From an uncultured Bacilli bacterium (lineage in GTDB: Bacteria > Bacillota_I > Bacilli_A > RF39 > UBA660): a DNA stretch of 44,592 bases. This document shows, one piece after another, positions 20,396-31,483 of this stretch. The first letter of the stretch is position 1. Every line of letters begins with the position of its first letter. The position numbers and the translations under genes were made by a program. The DNA lies in the NCBI GenBank assembly GCA_944358115.1, contig CALVQH010000004.1, positions 1-44,592 on the forward strand, read 5' to 3'. Under the pieces are notes generated by a model. It did no database searches. It was not told the DNA's origin and saw only the letters and a program-made list of their open reading frames with translations.

Positions 20396-22138
20396 ATGGT
20401 TACAGAAGAAGAAATTGAACGAATTCGGAAAAGTGCCAATATCATTGATATTATTTCTAGTTATATTCCTCTTACTCAAAAGGGAAAAAATTACTTTGGA
20501 GTTTGTCCTTTTCATGAAGATCATTCTCCAAGTATGAGTGTTTCCGAGGAAAAACAAATTTATAAATGTTTTTCTTGTGGAGCAGCGGGGAATGTGTTTA
20601 CTTTTGTAAGTGAATATGAAAATGTTAAATTTTTAGAAGCGGTTAAAATTGTTGCAGATAAATGTGGGATTCCTTTTTCAGGAGTCGTTTCCAAAGAGAA
20701 ACCTAAAAAGTTTACGCAAGAGTATGAAATTATGAATTTGGCTCTTAAATTTTATCAAAATAATTTAAATAGTAAAGAAGGTTTGTTAGCGAAAGAATAT
20801 TTAAAGAAGCGGGCTTTAGATGAAAGTGTTATTAAAGAATTTGATTTGGGACTTGCTTTAGGTGGTGATGTTTCTTTAAATAAGCTTCTTACAAGCAAAA
20901 AATATAGTTTAGATGTTTTGGTTCGATTAGGGCTTGTCAATCAAAATAATGGTTATATAAATGACGTCTTTCAGCGAAGAGTAATGTTTCCTATTCATGA
21001 TTTAGAAGGAAATGTAGTTGGATTTACCGGAAGAATTTATGAAGATACGGATCAAGCAAAATATATTAATTCTAAAGAATCGGATATCTTTAAAAAAGGA
21101 CAAATTTTATTTAACTATCACCGAGCACGATCAGAGATTAAAAGAAAAAAAGAAGTTATTTTAGTTGAAGGAAATATGGATGCGATTCGCATGTATGCAT
21201 CGGGTATTAAAAATGTTGTTGCTCTTATGGGGACAAGCTTAACCAAAGATCAAGTTCATATTTTAAAGAGTTTAAGAGCTAAAATCATTTTGATGTTTGA
21301 TAATGATTCGGCTGGAGAGACGGCTACCTACCAAAATGGGACTATTTTGGAGGAAGCTCGCTTAGAATTTCAGGTAGTTCGGTTAAGTGGGCCAAAAGAT
21401 CCAGATGAATACATTGTTAAAAAAGGAATTCAAGCTTTAGAAGAGAATATTCGTAGTCCGATATCTTTCTTTGATTTTAAATTAAAATACTTTAAGAAAG
21501 ATAAAGATTTAACGAAAGTTGATGATCTTGCTAGTTATATTAAAGAGATTATTGGAGATTTAAAAAATATTCCAGATGATCTTACCAGAGAGCTTACTTT
21601 AAAGAAGCTTAGTGAGGAATATCAAATTTCGCTAGATTTATTAAAAAGTGAACTAGAAAAGACAGACATAAAAAAAGTGGTGGAAGCCCCACCAAAAAAG
21701 CTTGAAAAAAAGCGAATTTCGAAGTATGATAAAGCTTGCCAAAATATTATTTATTTTATGATGAATGATGGCAAGTTTGTGGAACGTTTTTTGAAAGAAT
21801 TAGGATATTTTAGTGAGAAGAAATATCGTAATTTGGCAAATGAAATAATTTACTATTATGAAGCAAATAAAAAGATAGAACTTAGTTCTTTTATTTCCTT
21901 CGTTAGTACAAAAGATTACATTGTTGATGATGCAATGGAAATTATTCGCTCTAGTAAAGTGGAAGATTTACAGATGGATGCGTTTTTAGAATTTGTTTCG
22001 GTTGCTAAAACGGAAATGACTAAAAGAGAAATTCAAGAATTAAAAGAAAAAATGGCTCGTTCTATGGATGCAAATGAAGAATTAGAACTGGCTAAAAAAA
22101 TATTAGATTTGAAAAAAGGATGTGTGGGTAATGGATAA
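20396..22138 (+). CDS. dnaG: DNA primase
   Basis: [15 protein letters not shown] zinc finger, AKYINS, VEGNMD, FDNDSAG, KDPDE. Confidence 0.98.
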   Translation: MVTEEEIERIRKSANIIDIISSYIPLTQKGKNYFGVCPFHEDHSPSMSVSEEKQIYKCFSCGAAGNVFTFVSEYENVKFLEAVKIVADKCGIPFSGVVSKEKPKKFTQEYEIMNLALKFYQNNLNSKEGLLAKEYLKKRALDESVIKEFDLGLALGGDVSLNKLLTSKKYSLDVLVRLGLVNQNNGYINDVFQRRVMFPIHDLEGNVVGFTGRIYEDTDQAKYINSKESDIFKKGQILFNYHRARSEIKRKKEVILVEGNMDAIRMYASGIKNVVALMGTSLTKDQVHILKSLRAKIILMFDNDSAGETATYQNGTILEEARLEFQVVRLSGPKDPDEYIVKKGIQALEENIRSPISFFDFKLKYFKKDKDLTKVDDLASYIKEIIGDLKNIPDDLTRELTLKKLSEEYQISLDLLKSELEKTDIKKVVEAPPKKLEKKRISKYDKACQNIIYFMMNDGKFVERFLKELGYFSEKKYRNLANEIIYYYEANKKIELSSFISFVSTKDYIVDDAMEIIRSSKVEDLQMDAFLEFVSVAKTEMTKREIQELKEKMARSMDANEELELAKKILDLKKGCVGNG

Positions 22139-23267
22139 AAATGAAGATGCTAAAACAGCACAAAAAATTGTCGAAATTAAATCATTAGATGATCGTATTA
22201 AGGATTTAATTGAAATTGGGAAAAAACAAAAGTATATTACTTTTGAACAACTAGTTGAAAGTCTTAAAGGACTAGAAATGGATAACGATTCTTTAGATGA
22301 GATTTACAATACTTTAATGGATAACGATATTCAAGTGATTGCTGAAGGAGAAGAAGATGCAACGGATGAAGATGGTGTTCCTAAAAATCTAGAAGAACCT
22401 GTTATTTTAGATGATAGTGAAATTACAAAGGATATTAATATTAATGATCCAGTCAGAATGTACTTAAAAGAAATCGGACGGATTAGTCTTCTTTCACCAG
22501 AAGAAGAATTAGAGTTAAGTGAAAAAGTTGCAGCAGGGGATGAGGAAGCGAAAAATAAACTTGCTGAATCTAACTTACGTCTAGTAGTTAGTATCGCTAA
22601 ACGATATGTTGGTAGAGGTTTATTATTCCTTGATCTTATTCAAGAAGGTAATATTGGTTTAATGAAAGCAGTAGATAAATTTGATAGTGATAAGGGTTAT
22701 AAATTTTCTACTTATGCAACTTGGTGGATTAGACAAGCGATTACAAGAGCTTTAGCCGATCAAGCAAGAACGATTCGTGTTCCTGTTCATATGGTTGAAA
22801 CAATTAATAAAATGAGTCGTATTCAAAGACAACTTACTCTTGAACTAAACCGGGAACCTAGTGAGGAAGAACTTGCTAAAAAAATGGGAATTAGTGTCGA
22901 AAAGGTACGAGAAGTAATCAAAATTAGTCAAGAACCAGTTTCATTAGAAACACCAATTGGTGAAGAAGATGATTCTCATTTAGGTGATTTTATCAAAGAT
23001 GAATCTAGTATGTCACCAGAAGAATATGCAACAAATGAGATTTTAAAAGAAGAAATTAAGAGTGTTTTAATGACTTTACAAGTAAGAGAACAAGAAGTAT
23101 TAGAACTTCGTTTTGGACTTGTTGATGGAACTTGTCATACTTTGGAGGAAGTTGGTAAGAAATTTAATGTTACAAGAGAGCGTATTCGTCAAATTGAGGC
23201 CAAAGCATTACGCAAGTTACGTCATCCATCTCGGGCTAAAAAATTAAAGGATTTCTTATCTGATTAA
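22131..23267 (+). CDS. sigA: Primary sigma factor SigA/RpoD
   Basis: [51 protein letters not shown]; start at ATG 22131. Confidence 0.99.
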   Translation: MDKNEDAKTAQKIVEIKSLDDRIKDLIEIGKKQKYITFEQLVESLKGLEMDNDSLDEIYNTLMDNDIQVIAEGEEDATDEDGVPKNLEEPVILDDSEITKDININDPVRMYLKEIGRISLLSPEEELELSEKVAAGDEEAKNKLAESNLRLVVSIAKRYVGRGLLFLDLIQEGNIGLMKAVDKFDSDKGYKFSTYATWWIRQAITRALADQARTIRVPVHMVETINKMSRIQRQLTLELNREPSEEELAKKMGISVEKVREVIKISQEPVSLETPIGEEDDSHLGDFIKDESSMSPEEYATNEILKEEIKSVLMTLQVREQEVLELRFGLVDGTCHTLEEVGKKFNVTRERIRQIEAKALRKLRHPSRAKKLKDFLSD

Positions 23268-23902
23268 TGATGAATCAAAAATTAAAAGCAATTGCATCTT
23301 TTGTATCAAAATATGATACGGTACTAGATACTTGCTGTGATCATGCTTATTTAGCTATTTATTTAAAAAAAAATAAGTTATGTAAAGAAGTATATGCGAG
23401 TGATATTAATCCCAATGCTTTAGCAGTTGCGAAAAAAAACATTGCTGGTGCAAAGTTAGAGATAAAAACTTATTTATCTGATGGCCTAAAAACAGTCGAT
23501 AACAAAGATATTGATACGGTTGTCATAGCGGGAGTAGGGGCAGATACGGTTTTAGATATTATTCGTAGTGCTCCGAGTTCAATAAAGAAATATATTATTA
23601 GCAGTAATAACCATTTAGCTTATTTAAGGCATAAACTTCGGAAATATAATCTTTACATTCAAGAGGAAGTAGCCGTTTTAGACAAACATAAATATTATGT
23701 TGTCATGCTGGTAACTAAAGATTATGTAAAAGATAATCGGAATACGATTCGTTTTGGAAAGTCAAAAAATGTCGAATATTTTCGACATCTTATCAAAAAG
23801 GAAGAAAAAGTGGTTGATCGAATTCCAAAAAATAAAGTTTTTAGACGTTTCAGACATAAACAAAACATCAAAACTTTACAAAAACTTATAAAAAGAATTT
23901 AG
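23267..23902 (+). CDS. trmK: tRNA (adenine22-N1)-methyltransferase
   Basis: D.CCDHAYLAI, ASDIN, SDGL, IAGVG; synteny after sigA. Confidence 0.88.
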   Translation: MMNQKLKAIASFVSKYDTVLDTCCDHAYLAIYLKKNKLCKEVYASDINPNALAVAKKNIAGAKLEIKTYLSDGLKTVDNKDIDTVVIAGVGADTVLDIIRSAPSSIKKYIISSNNHLAYLRHKLRKYNLYIQEEVAVLDKHKYYVVMLVTKDYVKDNRNTIRFGKSKNVEYFRHLIKKEEKVVDRIPKNKVFRRFRHKQNIKTLQKLIKRI

Positions 23903-24164
23903 GATTGTTAGAAGATACTACTCTAGAGGTTGGAGCTGTATCTTTTTTTGTTGTTTCTTTTTGAGTACTGGTTGACGTTCTGCTCGTATTATTACTTGAT
24001 TTTCCAAATTCTTTTAGGGTACTAAAAATGGTTTTTGCATTATTAATCATCGGCTTTGCTTCTCGATAAATTGGTATTACTTGATTGGCTACATTTAATG
24101 TTTTGGATATGCCAGATAATACTTTAGGAAGGGTAAGTCCTGTTCCGTATGGATTTCCAAACAT
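23886..24164 (-). CDS. VrrA/YqfQ-like small (spore-associated) protein
   Basis: LSGISKTLNVANQVIPIY..KPMINN resembles YqfQ core; PKFFL C-terminus; yqfQ lies near sigA-trmK in Bacillus. Confidence 0.6.
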   Translation of the reverse strand: MFGNPYGTGLTLPKVLSGISKTLNVANQVIPIYREAKPMINNAKTIFSTLKEFGKSSNNTSRTSTSTQKETTKKDTAPTSRVVSSNNPKFFL

Positions 24165-24201
24165 AGATTATCACCTAATATAATATATGCAAAAAAATTT
24201 T

Positions 24202-24678
24202 CTATTTACTAAGAATTGGTAATTTAATTTCATCTATTTTACCAAGTAAGTAATCGGCAGAAATATGATATTTTTTACAGATTGTATAAAGGAATGGGGT
24301 TGCAATAACTGTTCTTCCTCGTTCATAATTGGCAATGACAGATTGATTTGTGTTTAAGATTTTTGCCAGTTTATCTTGAGTCATTTTATTTTCTTTACGA
24401 AATTCTTTTAGTCTTTGTCTTGATTTATTAGAGTTTATCTCTTTGTTAACGTCTTTATATTGTACTTCTTTTGATAATCCTAATAGATAATCAATTGAAA
24501 CATTGAAATAATTACTTAATTTATTTAAGTGTTTAATAGGAATTGTATTATAGTTATTTTCGTATTGATTATATTGTACGCGATTAATCTTTAATATATT
24601 TGCTAATTGTTCTTGCGTTAAGTTAGCATTTGTACGAAGTTCTTTTAATAGTTCATTGTAATTCATTGTTATCACCAA
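24202..24678 (-). CDS. XRE-family regulator with two tandem HTH domains
   Basis: Two LKE.R...TQ..LA..L....YE....P.....SxDYLLG repeats. Confidence 0.9.
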   Translation of the reverse strand: MVITMNYNELLKELRTNANLTQEQLANILKINRVQYNQYENNYNTIPIKHLNKLSNYFNVSIDYLLGLSKEVQYKDVNKEINSNKSRQRLKEFRKENKMTQDKLAKILNTNQSVIANYERGRTVIATPFLYTICKKYHISADYLLGKIDEIKLPILSK

Positions 24679-24738
24679 ACATATTTTCTCATTTTCTACT
24701 TGTTAAATCTCAAAATGTAACAAATAGAAATATTTTTC

Positions 24739-24767
24739 TTGACTTTGAATCTAGTCCATAATATAAT
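24739..24767 (+). promoter_or_regulatory. sigmaA promoter of surface protein gene
   Basis: TTGACT-17 nt-TATAAT. Confidence 0.7.
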
Positions 24768-24838
24768 TTTTATGTATAGTTGGTAACTTAATAATGGTTT
24801 ACATCTTAATATGTGAAGTGTTACTTAATGGAGGTATT

Positions 24839-26626
24839 ATGAATAAAAAAAGAATAATTATTTTAACAGTTAGTTTAATTGCCATTATTGGAATTATTGT
24901 AGGAGTAAGTTATGCCTTCTTTAGTATTGGTGGAAGTCAAGAACAAGCAAATACTTTTACAAGTGGATGTTTAAATATAAGTTTAACCGATGCGTCAGCA
25001 TCTATTAGTTTAAATAATATCTATCCAATTACCGATGTTGAAGGATTAGAAGGAACTAGTTATGATTTTACGATTACGAATACTTGTAATACGAGTGCTA
25101 ATTATCAAATTAATTTAGAAAGTATCAATCAAGCTTCTAATTCACTTAGTCCAGATTACATTAAAGTATCTCTATCTAGCGATACAGTAGATAATGTCAT
25201 ATCTATATTAAGTAATAATACAAGTGTAACGCCAGAAATAGATAATGCATATGAGTCTTTTAATTTGTATACAGGAACACTAGGAGCAAGTGAAACTAAA
25301 ACATATCATTTAAAACTATGGCTAGATTATGATGCGACAGTCGAGCAAGCTGCAAATAGAGTATATCAATCTAAAATAAATGTCATAGCAAACCCAGAAA
25401 CACAAGTAGTAGATAACCTAGAAGCAACATTTAGTTTAGAAGGAACAACTTTAACATCACATTTAACTAATAATGTAACAAGTGCAAGTTATTGTATTAC
25501 AGAAGACAATATTTGTACACCAAATACAAGTGCAATAATAGAAAATAATGGTTATAGTATTAAATTGTGGAGCAATAAAAATAGCCAAATTGTTTGTACG
25601 AGATTAAACGAAACAAGCAAGTTAATATGTGGGAATCCTACAAAAATAACTGTAAAAGATGTAATATTAGCAGATAATCCAACTATAGATGATAGTAGAA
25701 ATGGTGGAATAACAGAATCATTAACCGAAAATACAACTGGAACATTATTTACAGCTGAAGATGATTGGGGTACAAGTTATGTATATGCAGGAGATGTCGA
25801 TAATAATTGGGTATCTTTTGCTGGTTATTACTGGAGAATTATCAGAATTAACGGTGATGGAACAATCCGCCTAATTTATTCAGGAGATACTGAGTCAGGG
25901 CCGGTAGAAACTGGAGAAGATACACAAATAGGGATAAGTGTATTTAACGAGCAACATAATGACAACGCCTATTTAGGATATATGTATGGAACTCCAGAAA
26001 GTAATACTTATGAAGAGACACATGCTAACATCAATGATAGCACAATTAAAATGGTATTAGATAATTGGTACGAATCAAATCTAATAGATTATAAACAATA
26101 TATTAGTACAGAGGCAGGATTCTGCAATGATCGTGAAATTTTTACAGATACATCATCATGGGTAGAGCAATATTATGGAATATTAGGATATGGAAATGAA
26201 AGCACAATTTATGATTCTAGATTTGGTAAAGGAAATACAGCTGCTCGTGAGGTTCAAAATCCAACGTTAAAATGCAGTCAAATAAATCAAGATTTGTTCA
26301 CTACAAGCACAAGTAGTAAAGGAAATCATGCTCTAACTAATCCGATTGGATTAATAAATACAGATGAACTAGTTTTAGCTGGTGGCTTTATGGGAAGTAA
26401 TAATACAAATTATTATCTGTATACTGGTAATATTTATTGGACAATGTATCCAGGAGTTTTTTCTGGTGGTTATGCTTATATACACGTAGCAAATGAAGTT
26501 GGCAATATACACGGAGGTGTTGCGAGTAGTACGTATGGTGTTCGTCCTGTCATTAATCTTTCAGCAGATGTCACTATTTCTTCAGGAGATGGCACCATGG
26601 ATAATCCTTACGTAATTGCAACATAA
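24839..26626 (+). CDS. Secreted protein with TasA/SipW-type signal and C-terminal GVRPVINL (C-type-lectin-fold-like) domain, paralog 1
   Basis: MNKKR..hydrophobic..SYAFF; NNWVSFAGYYWRIIRINGDGTIRLIY; YGVRPVINL; GDGTMDNPY; GGAGGT RBS before ATG 24839. Confidence 0.65.
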   Translation: MNKKRIIILTVSLIAIIGIIVGVSYAFFSIGGSQEQANTFTSGCLNISLTDASASISLNNIYPITDVEGLEGTSYDFTITNTCNTSANYQINLESINQASNSLSPDYIKVSLSSDTVDNVISILSNNTSVTPEIDNAYESFNLYTGTLGASETKTYHLKLWLDYDATVEQAANRVYQSKINVIANPETQVVDNLEATFSLEGTTLTSHLTNNVTSASYCITEDNICTPNTSAIIENNGYSIKLWSNKNSQIVCTRLNETSKLICGNPTKITVKDVILADNPTIDDSRNGGITESLTENTTGTLFTAEDDWGTSYVYAGDVDNNWVSFAGYYWRIIRINGDGTIRLIYSGDTESGPVETGEDTQIGISVFNEQHNDNAYLGYMYGTPESNTYEETHANINDSTIKMVLDNWYESNLIDYKQYISTEAGFCNDREIFTDTSSWVEQYYGILGYGNESTIYDSRFGKGNTAAREVQNPTLKCSQINQDLFTTSTSSKGNHALTNPIGLINTDELVLAGGFMGSNNTNYYLYTGNIYWTMYPGVFSGGYAYIHVANEVGNIHGGVASSTYGVRPVINLSADVTISSGDGTMDNPYVIAT

Positions 26627-26631
26627 AGAAT

Positions 26632-26669
26632 CTTGCCTATGGCTCTTTTTTCCTTTACCCATGGGCAGG
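26632..26669 (+). repeat. Post-stop inverted repeat shared with paralog 2
   Basis: cttgcctatgg / ccatgggcagg, fully paired as RNA with two G-U. Confidence 0.7.
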
Positions 26670-26681
26670 TATTATTACATG

Positions 26682-26706
26682 AGAGTAGATTTATTCTACT
26701 CTTTTT
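26682..26706 (+). terminator. Intrinsic terminator
   Basis: agagtaga/tctactct stem plus T-run. Confidence 0.7.
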
Positions 26707-26767
26707 ATTTGGGGTGGAAGTATATTAAATTTTATGATATAATTTTAAAAGAATAGGAAAGATAATT

Positions 26768-28285
26768 ATGAAAGTGTTACTAGCTCCTTTTACATTCTTA
26801 ATTAGTTTTATTAAGCATTTCTTTATTGGTGTTAAATTTGTTTTCTTTGATGCTTGGTATAATTTGATTCATTATTATGTTGATGAAAAGAAGTTTAAGA
26901 AAAGAGAACAAGTGAATATGGTACAAGATAATACTCTTCAGAAAAGTGATGTTGATGAGGAAGAAGTTCATGTTCTTAGTATGGATGAGAGAAATCGAAT
27001 TGCAAGAGAAAAACAAGAGTTAATTAAAGAAATGGAACAAGAGAAGAATTCTCGTAAAGTTAGTAAAGATTATTATTACTATTATGGTACTGATAAAAAT
27101 GGAAAAAAGATTAAAGGTATGATGAGTGCCACGAATAAGATGACTTTACATAATTTTTTAGCTAGTGAAGGTATTGATGTTTATCAAGTAAAAAAAGCAG
27201 GCATGGCTAACTTTTTAAAGAAAATTGGTCTTGAGCAAGAGCGGGAAATGAGTAGTAAAGATTTAATTTTCTGGCTTACGCAAGTTTGTACTTATTTAAA
27301 AGCAGGACTTACTTTAAATGATACAATACATATTATGATGCAGCAAGCAAGTAAGGATAAAAAGAAAAAACAGTTATATGAAGCTATATCTTACGAACTT
27401 ACTTTAGGCGAATCTTTTAGTACCGCGTTAGAAAATCAAGGAAATGTTTTTCCACCTCTTCTTATTAATATGGTTCGTAGTGCGGAAGCAACCGGCGAGA
27501 TTATTAAAACACTAGATGATATGGCCAATTATTATACAGAAATTGATAAAACAAGAAAAGAAATGATAAGTGCCATTATTTATCCGGTTATTTTACTTAT
27601 TTTTGCCATTGCTATTTTAACATTTATTATGGTTTATGTTATTCCAGAGTTTATTCGTATTTATGATCAAGCGGGAATTGTCGTAAGCGGATTTACTTTA
27701 ACGATTATTAATTTGAGTAATTATATTACGACCCATTTAGATGTTATTTTATTAGTCGCCTTACTTGTTATTTTAGCTTTACTTTTCTTATATAAAAAGA
27801 GTAAAGGAGTAAGAAAGACTATTCAAAGTTTTGGTATGCATATTCCTTTCTTTGGTAAGATTATTATTTATCATGAATTAACCTTATTTACTAAAACATT
27901 TGCTAGTTTACTTCGTAATAGTGTTTATATTACTAGTAGCATGGAAATACTTTCTAATATTACAAATAATGAAGTATATAAAGATATTATGATAGAGACT
28001 ATTAGTAATATTGCGAGAGGTGAAAAAATTAGTAAATCATTCTATCATAAATGGTGTGTTCCCGATGTTGCCTATTACATGATTGTAACAGGAGAAGCAA
28101 CGGGTGAGTTATCACTTATGATGGAGAAAGTAGCTAGTTATTTTAATGATTTACATAAAGCGAGAGTTACGAATTTAAAAAGTTTCTTAGAGCCAATTAT
28201 GATTGTTGTTTTGGCACTTATTGTTGGTGTTGTTATTTTAGCAGTTGTTATTCCAATGTTTAGTTTATATGGACAGATAGGATAG
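26768..28285 (+). CDS. Type II secretion F family / PilC-like pilus platform protein
   Basis: Two T2SSF repeats (GESFSTALE..FPPLLINMV..AEATG; GEATGEL), YPVIL, LEPIMI, IPMFSLY. Confidence 0.9.
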   Translation: MKVLLAPFTFLISFIKHFFIGVKFVFFDAWYNLIHYYVDEKKFKKREQVNMVQDNTLQKSDVDEEEVHVLSMDERNRIAREKQELIKEMEQEKNSRKVSKDYYYYYGTDKNGKKIKGMMSATNKMTLHNFLASEGIDVYQVKKAGMANFLKKIGLEQEREMSSKDLIFWLTQVCTYLKAGLTLNDTIHIMMQQASKDKKKKQLYEAISYELTLGESFSTALENQGNVFPPLLINMVRSAEATGEIIKTLDDMANYYTEIDKTRKEMISAIIYPVILLIFAIAILTFIMVYVIPEFIRIYDQAGIVVSGFTLTIINLSNYITTHLDVILLVALLVILALLFLYKKSKGVRKTIQSFGMHIPFFGKIIIYHELTLFTKTFASLLRNSVYITSSMEILSNITNNEVYKDIMIETISNIARGEKISKSFYHKWCVPDVAYYMIVTGEATGELSLMMEKVASYFNDLHKARVTNLKSFLEPIMIVVLALIVGVVILAVVIPMFSLYGQIG

Positions 28286-28294
28286 GGGATTATT

Positions 28295-28951
28295 ATGATT
28301 ATTATACTTTTTATTATTGGTTTTGTACTTGGACTTTTCTATGCTTTTATTGGCGAAAAATTACCACTTTTAGTTCCAGAAGTAATTGAGAAAGAAAGCA
28401 ATTCATGGATTTTAAATTTATTTATTGGGGTTGTGAATGCTTTAGTGTTGTTAGTTAGTTATTATGTATTTGGCCTTAGCTATGAGTTTTTTGCTTCTTT
28501 AATTATTGTTGGATTGGTTCTTATTATATTTATAAGTGATTTTAAATATATGATTATTTTAGATAGTCCTTTAGTAGTGGCAGCTATTTTCATTCTTATT
28601 TTGCGAGCTTATTTTTATGGATTTAAAAACATGGGACTTAGTTTACTAAGTGGGGTTGTTTTATTTGTTTTGATGTTACTCATTGGTTTACTTGGTAAAA
28701 AGATGTTTCAAAAAGAAGCTTTAGGGGGAGGAGATATTAAGCTTGCTGGTGTAATTGGCATTATTTTAGGTTTTAAACTAGGGCTTGTATCGATTATTTT
28801 ATCTAGTTTGCTTGCCTTACCTTATGCGATTGGTGCCATGATGCTTAATAAAAATAGTGAAGTTCCTTTTGGGCCATTCTTAATTTCTAGTATGGCTATT
28901 GTCTTTATTTTTGCCGATAAATTTTCTAATTTAATTGCTTTTTTATTTTAA
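28295..28951 (+). CDS. Prepilin peptidase (A24), lacking N-terminal Cys domain
   Basis: SDFKYMII, LGGGDIKL, VPFGPFL motifs; no CxxC motifs. Confidence 0.88.
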   Translation: MIIILFIIGFVLGLFYAFIGEKLPLLVPEVIEKESNSWILNLFIGVVNALVLLVSYYVFGLSYEFFASLIIVGLVLIIFISDFKYMIILDSPLVVAAIFILILRAYFYGFKNMGLSLLSGVVLFVLMLLIGLLGKKMFQKEALGGGDIKLAGVIGIILGFKLGLVSIILSSLLALPYAIGAMMLNKNSEVPFGPFLISSMAIVFIFADKFSNLIAFLF

Positions 28952-28987
28952 CAGTAGTATAATAGCCCCTAACTAAGGGGTTTTTGT

Positions 28988-29956
28988 ATGAAAGATTATT
29001 TTAATTATCATGGAGATTTTAGTAAACTATCTAGAATTGATTTAGAGTATTTGTTATTAGAATTAAATCGTTATAAAATTCATTATCGAAAAGAGCTCGG
29101 ATTAGAGGAAACGGCTAGTTTTGGTTTGGAATTAGAGTTTGAAGATGTCTTACTTTATTATGTAAAGAAGGAATTTTGTAAATATGAAGAATTTCGCTAT
29201 TGGTCGATTCATGAAGATAAGAGTTGTAGCTATAAGATAGATGATTTTTCGATTGGTGGTGAGGTTGCTACGGATATTTTACATGATGAAGTAAAAGACT
29301 GGAAGACGCTTAGTGAAGCAGTTTTGTTACTTCAAAAATTGCATGCTCATGCGACTGATAAGACGAGTTTGCATGTTCATGTAGGTGCACAAATATTAGG
29401 AGAAGATATTCAAAATGTGGTAAGATTTGTAAAAGTCTGGTGTATTTTTGAGGCAATTATTTTTCGATTCGCTTATGGAAAACAGAAGAGTAATCGTTCC
29501 CAAATTCTTTATTTTGCTCATCCAATTGCCGATGCTTTAAAATTAAAATGTAAATATATTCCAGGATTTTTAGAAACTTTAATGGTTCCGAAAGCTTTGG
29601 GATTTGATAAAAAATGGGCGGTTAACTTTAAAAATTATCATTATTTATCAAGTGAAGAAGAGGTCAATAACACAATTGAAATTAGAGTAGCAAATGGAAC
29701 GCTTGAAAGAACAATTATTCAAAATACTGTTAATTTTTATTTAAAATTAATGGAATATGTGATGAGTGATAAGTATGATGAGAAATTGATTGATCATTTG
29801 TTTATACGGCTAAAACCAAAAGATTTTGATCAATATCAGCATATTTATATTAAAGATGCTTTATTACTAGCTGATCTTATATTTGATGATAGCCTTGATA
29901 AAATTAATTTTTTGAAACAATATGTGAAAGATGAACCAGTATTAGTTCGCAAATAA
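28988..29956 (+). CDS. Putative amidoligase (COOH-NH2 ligase type 2) family protein
   Basis: FGLELEF, EDKS, GGEVATDIL, SLHVHVG, TIEIR motifs. Confidence 0.8.
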   Translation: MKDYFNYHGDFSKLSRIDLEYLLLELNRYKIHYRKELGLEETASFGLELEFEDVLLYYVKKEFCKYEEFRYWSIHEDKSCSYKIDDFSIGGEVATDILHDEVKDWKTLSEAVLLLQKLHAHATDKTSLHVHVGAQILGEDIQNVVRFVKVWCIFEAIIFRFAYGKQKSNRSQILYFAHPIADALKLKCKYIPGFLETLMVPKALGFDKKWAVNFKNYHYLSSEEEVNNTIEIRVANGTLERTIIQNTVNFYLKLMEYVMSDKYDEKLIDHLFIRLKPKDFDQYQHIYIKDALLLADLIFDDSLDKINFLKQYVKDEPVLVRK

Positions 29957-30028
29957 AAGACTACTTTTATGCTTGTAAATTATCACTATTTACGGTATAA
30001 TAATACCAGTTTGAAAGGATGTAAGTTT

Positions 30029-31276
30029 ATGAAAAACGTAAAAGAAATTACAATTACAATTGATGGAGAATCTTGGCAAAAAGCATTAGATAAAGCTTTT
30101 AAAAAGAAAAATAAAGAAGTTACGATTGATGGATTCCGTAAAGGAGCTGCTCCCAAAGATATTTATGTTAAGAATTTTGGATTAGAATCTTTATTTATGG
30201 ATGCAGTTGATTTTGTTATGGATGAAGCATATAGTAAAGCTTTAGAAGATGCAAAGGTAGTACCTGTTATTGAACCTAAATTAGATATTACAGAAATTGA
30301 TGAAAACAAAGTAACTTTTAAATTTACTATTACTAGTAAACCAGAAGTTACTTTAGGAGAATATAAAAAATTAGGATTAAAGAAGGAAAAAGCAAAAGTT
30401 TCTAAAGAAGAAATTGATGCTGAAGTTAAAAGAATTCGTGATCAATTTGCTGAAATTGCACCAAAAGAAGATGGTGCTGTAGAAGTTGGTGATACCGCTG
30501 TTATTGATTTTGAAGGATTTGTTGATGGGAAAACATTAGATGGTGGTAAAGGAGAAAATTATCCATTAGAAATTGGTTCACATACATTCATTCCTGGCTT
30601 TGAAGAAGGTTTAGTTGGAATGAAAATGGGAGAAACCAAAGAATTAAAACTTAAATTCCCAGATGATTATGTGGCAGATTTAAAAGGAAAAGAAGTTACT
30701 TTTAATGTTACTGTAAGAGAAATTAAACAAAGAATTATTCCAGAATTAAATGAAGATTTCTATCAAGATTTAGGATATGATAATATTAAGACTGAAGAAG
30801 AATTCTTAAGTGAAGTAGAAAAAGTATTACTTGATCGTAAAAATGCTGAGATTGAAGATGAATTTGTAGAAAAATGCTTAGAAAAAGCAAGTAGCAATAT
30901 GAAAGTAGAAATCAATCCAGAGATTATTGATGATGAAGTACATAGAATGATTCATCAATTTGAAGAACAACTTAAGATGCAAGGAATTAAGTTAGAAGAT
31001 TATATGGCAATTACAGGTATCACTCATGATAAATTACATGAACAAATGGAACCCGAAGCTACTAAGAGAGTAAAATATCGTTATTTATTAGAAGCAATTG
31101 CTGAGGCAGAAAAAATAGATTTTACGGAAGATGAAGTAAAAGCAAGAGCAAAAGAAATGGCTGATAATTATGGTATTAGTGAAGATGAATTATTAAATGC
31201 TTATGGATCACTAGAAGTTGTTAAATACGATATGAAGATGCATAAAGCAATAGAAATATTAAAAGAAAATAATTAA
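30029..31276 (+). CDS. tig: Trigger factor
   Basis: DGFRKGAAP signature, FKBP IDFEG..GSHTFIPGFEEGL; start at ATG 30029. Confidence 0.98.
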   Translation: MKNVKEITITIDGESWQKALDKAFKKKNKEVTIDGFRKGAAPKDIYVKNFGLESLFMDAVDFVMDEAYSKALEDAKVVPVIEPKLDITEIDENKVTFKFTITSKPEVTLGEYKKLGLKKEKAKVSKEEIDAEVKRIRDQFAEIAPKEDGAVEVGDTAVIDFEGFVDGKTLDGGKGENYPLEIGSHTFIPGFEEGLVGMKMGETKELKLKFPDDYVADLKGKEVTFNVTVREIKQRIIPELNEDFYQDLGYDNIKTEEEFLSEVEKVLLDRKNAEIEDEFVEKCLEKASSNMKVEINPEIIDDEVHRMIHQFEEQLKMQGIKLEDYMAITGITHDKLHEQMEPEATKRVKYRYLLEAIAEAEKIDFTEDEVKARAKEMADNYGISEDELLNAYGSLEVVKYDMKMHKAIEILKENN

Positions 31277-31337
31277 GAAAGTTAAAAAACACTTTCTTTT
31301 TTTATTTCTTTTTATGCTGCAAAATAACATAAAACAA

Positions 31338-31366
31338 TTGACTTTTACTTTGGAATCATGTATATT
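31338..31366 (+). promoter_or_regulatory. sigmaA-like promoter
   Basis: TTGACT-17 nt-TATATT. Confidence 0.55.
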
Positions 31367-31418
31367 TATAACATAGGAATAGTTATATTTTAACTATATA
31401 GGAAGTTTTGACAAGTTT

Positions 31419-31425
31419 TGTCGAA
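31419..31425 (+). promoter_or_regulatory. Spo0A box candidate
   Basis: TGTCGAA in tttTGTCGAAt, intergenic, preceded 10 nt earlier by imperfect tgacaag. Confidence 0.45.
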
Positions 31426-31483
31426 TCGAATGAAAAACGATGAAATTTGTTGTAGAATGGTTTTAAAGTAAAGGTGGAAAAGA

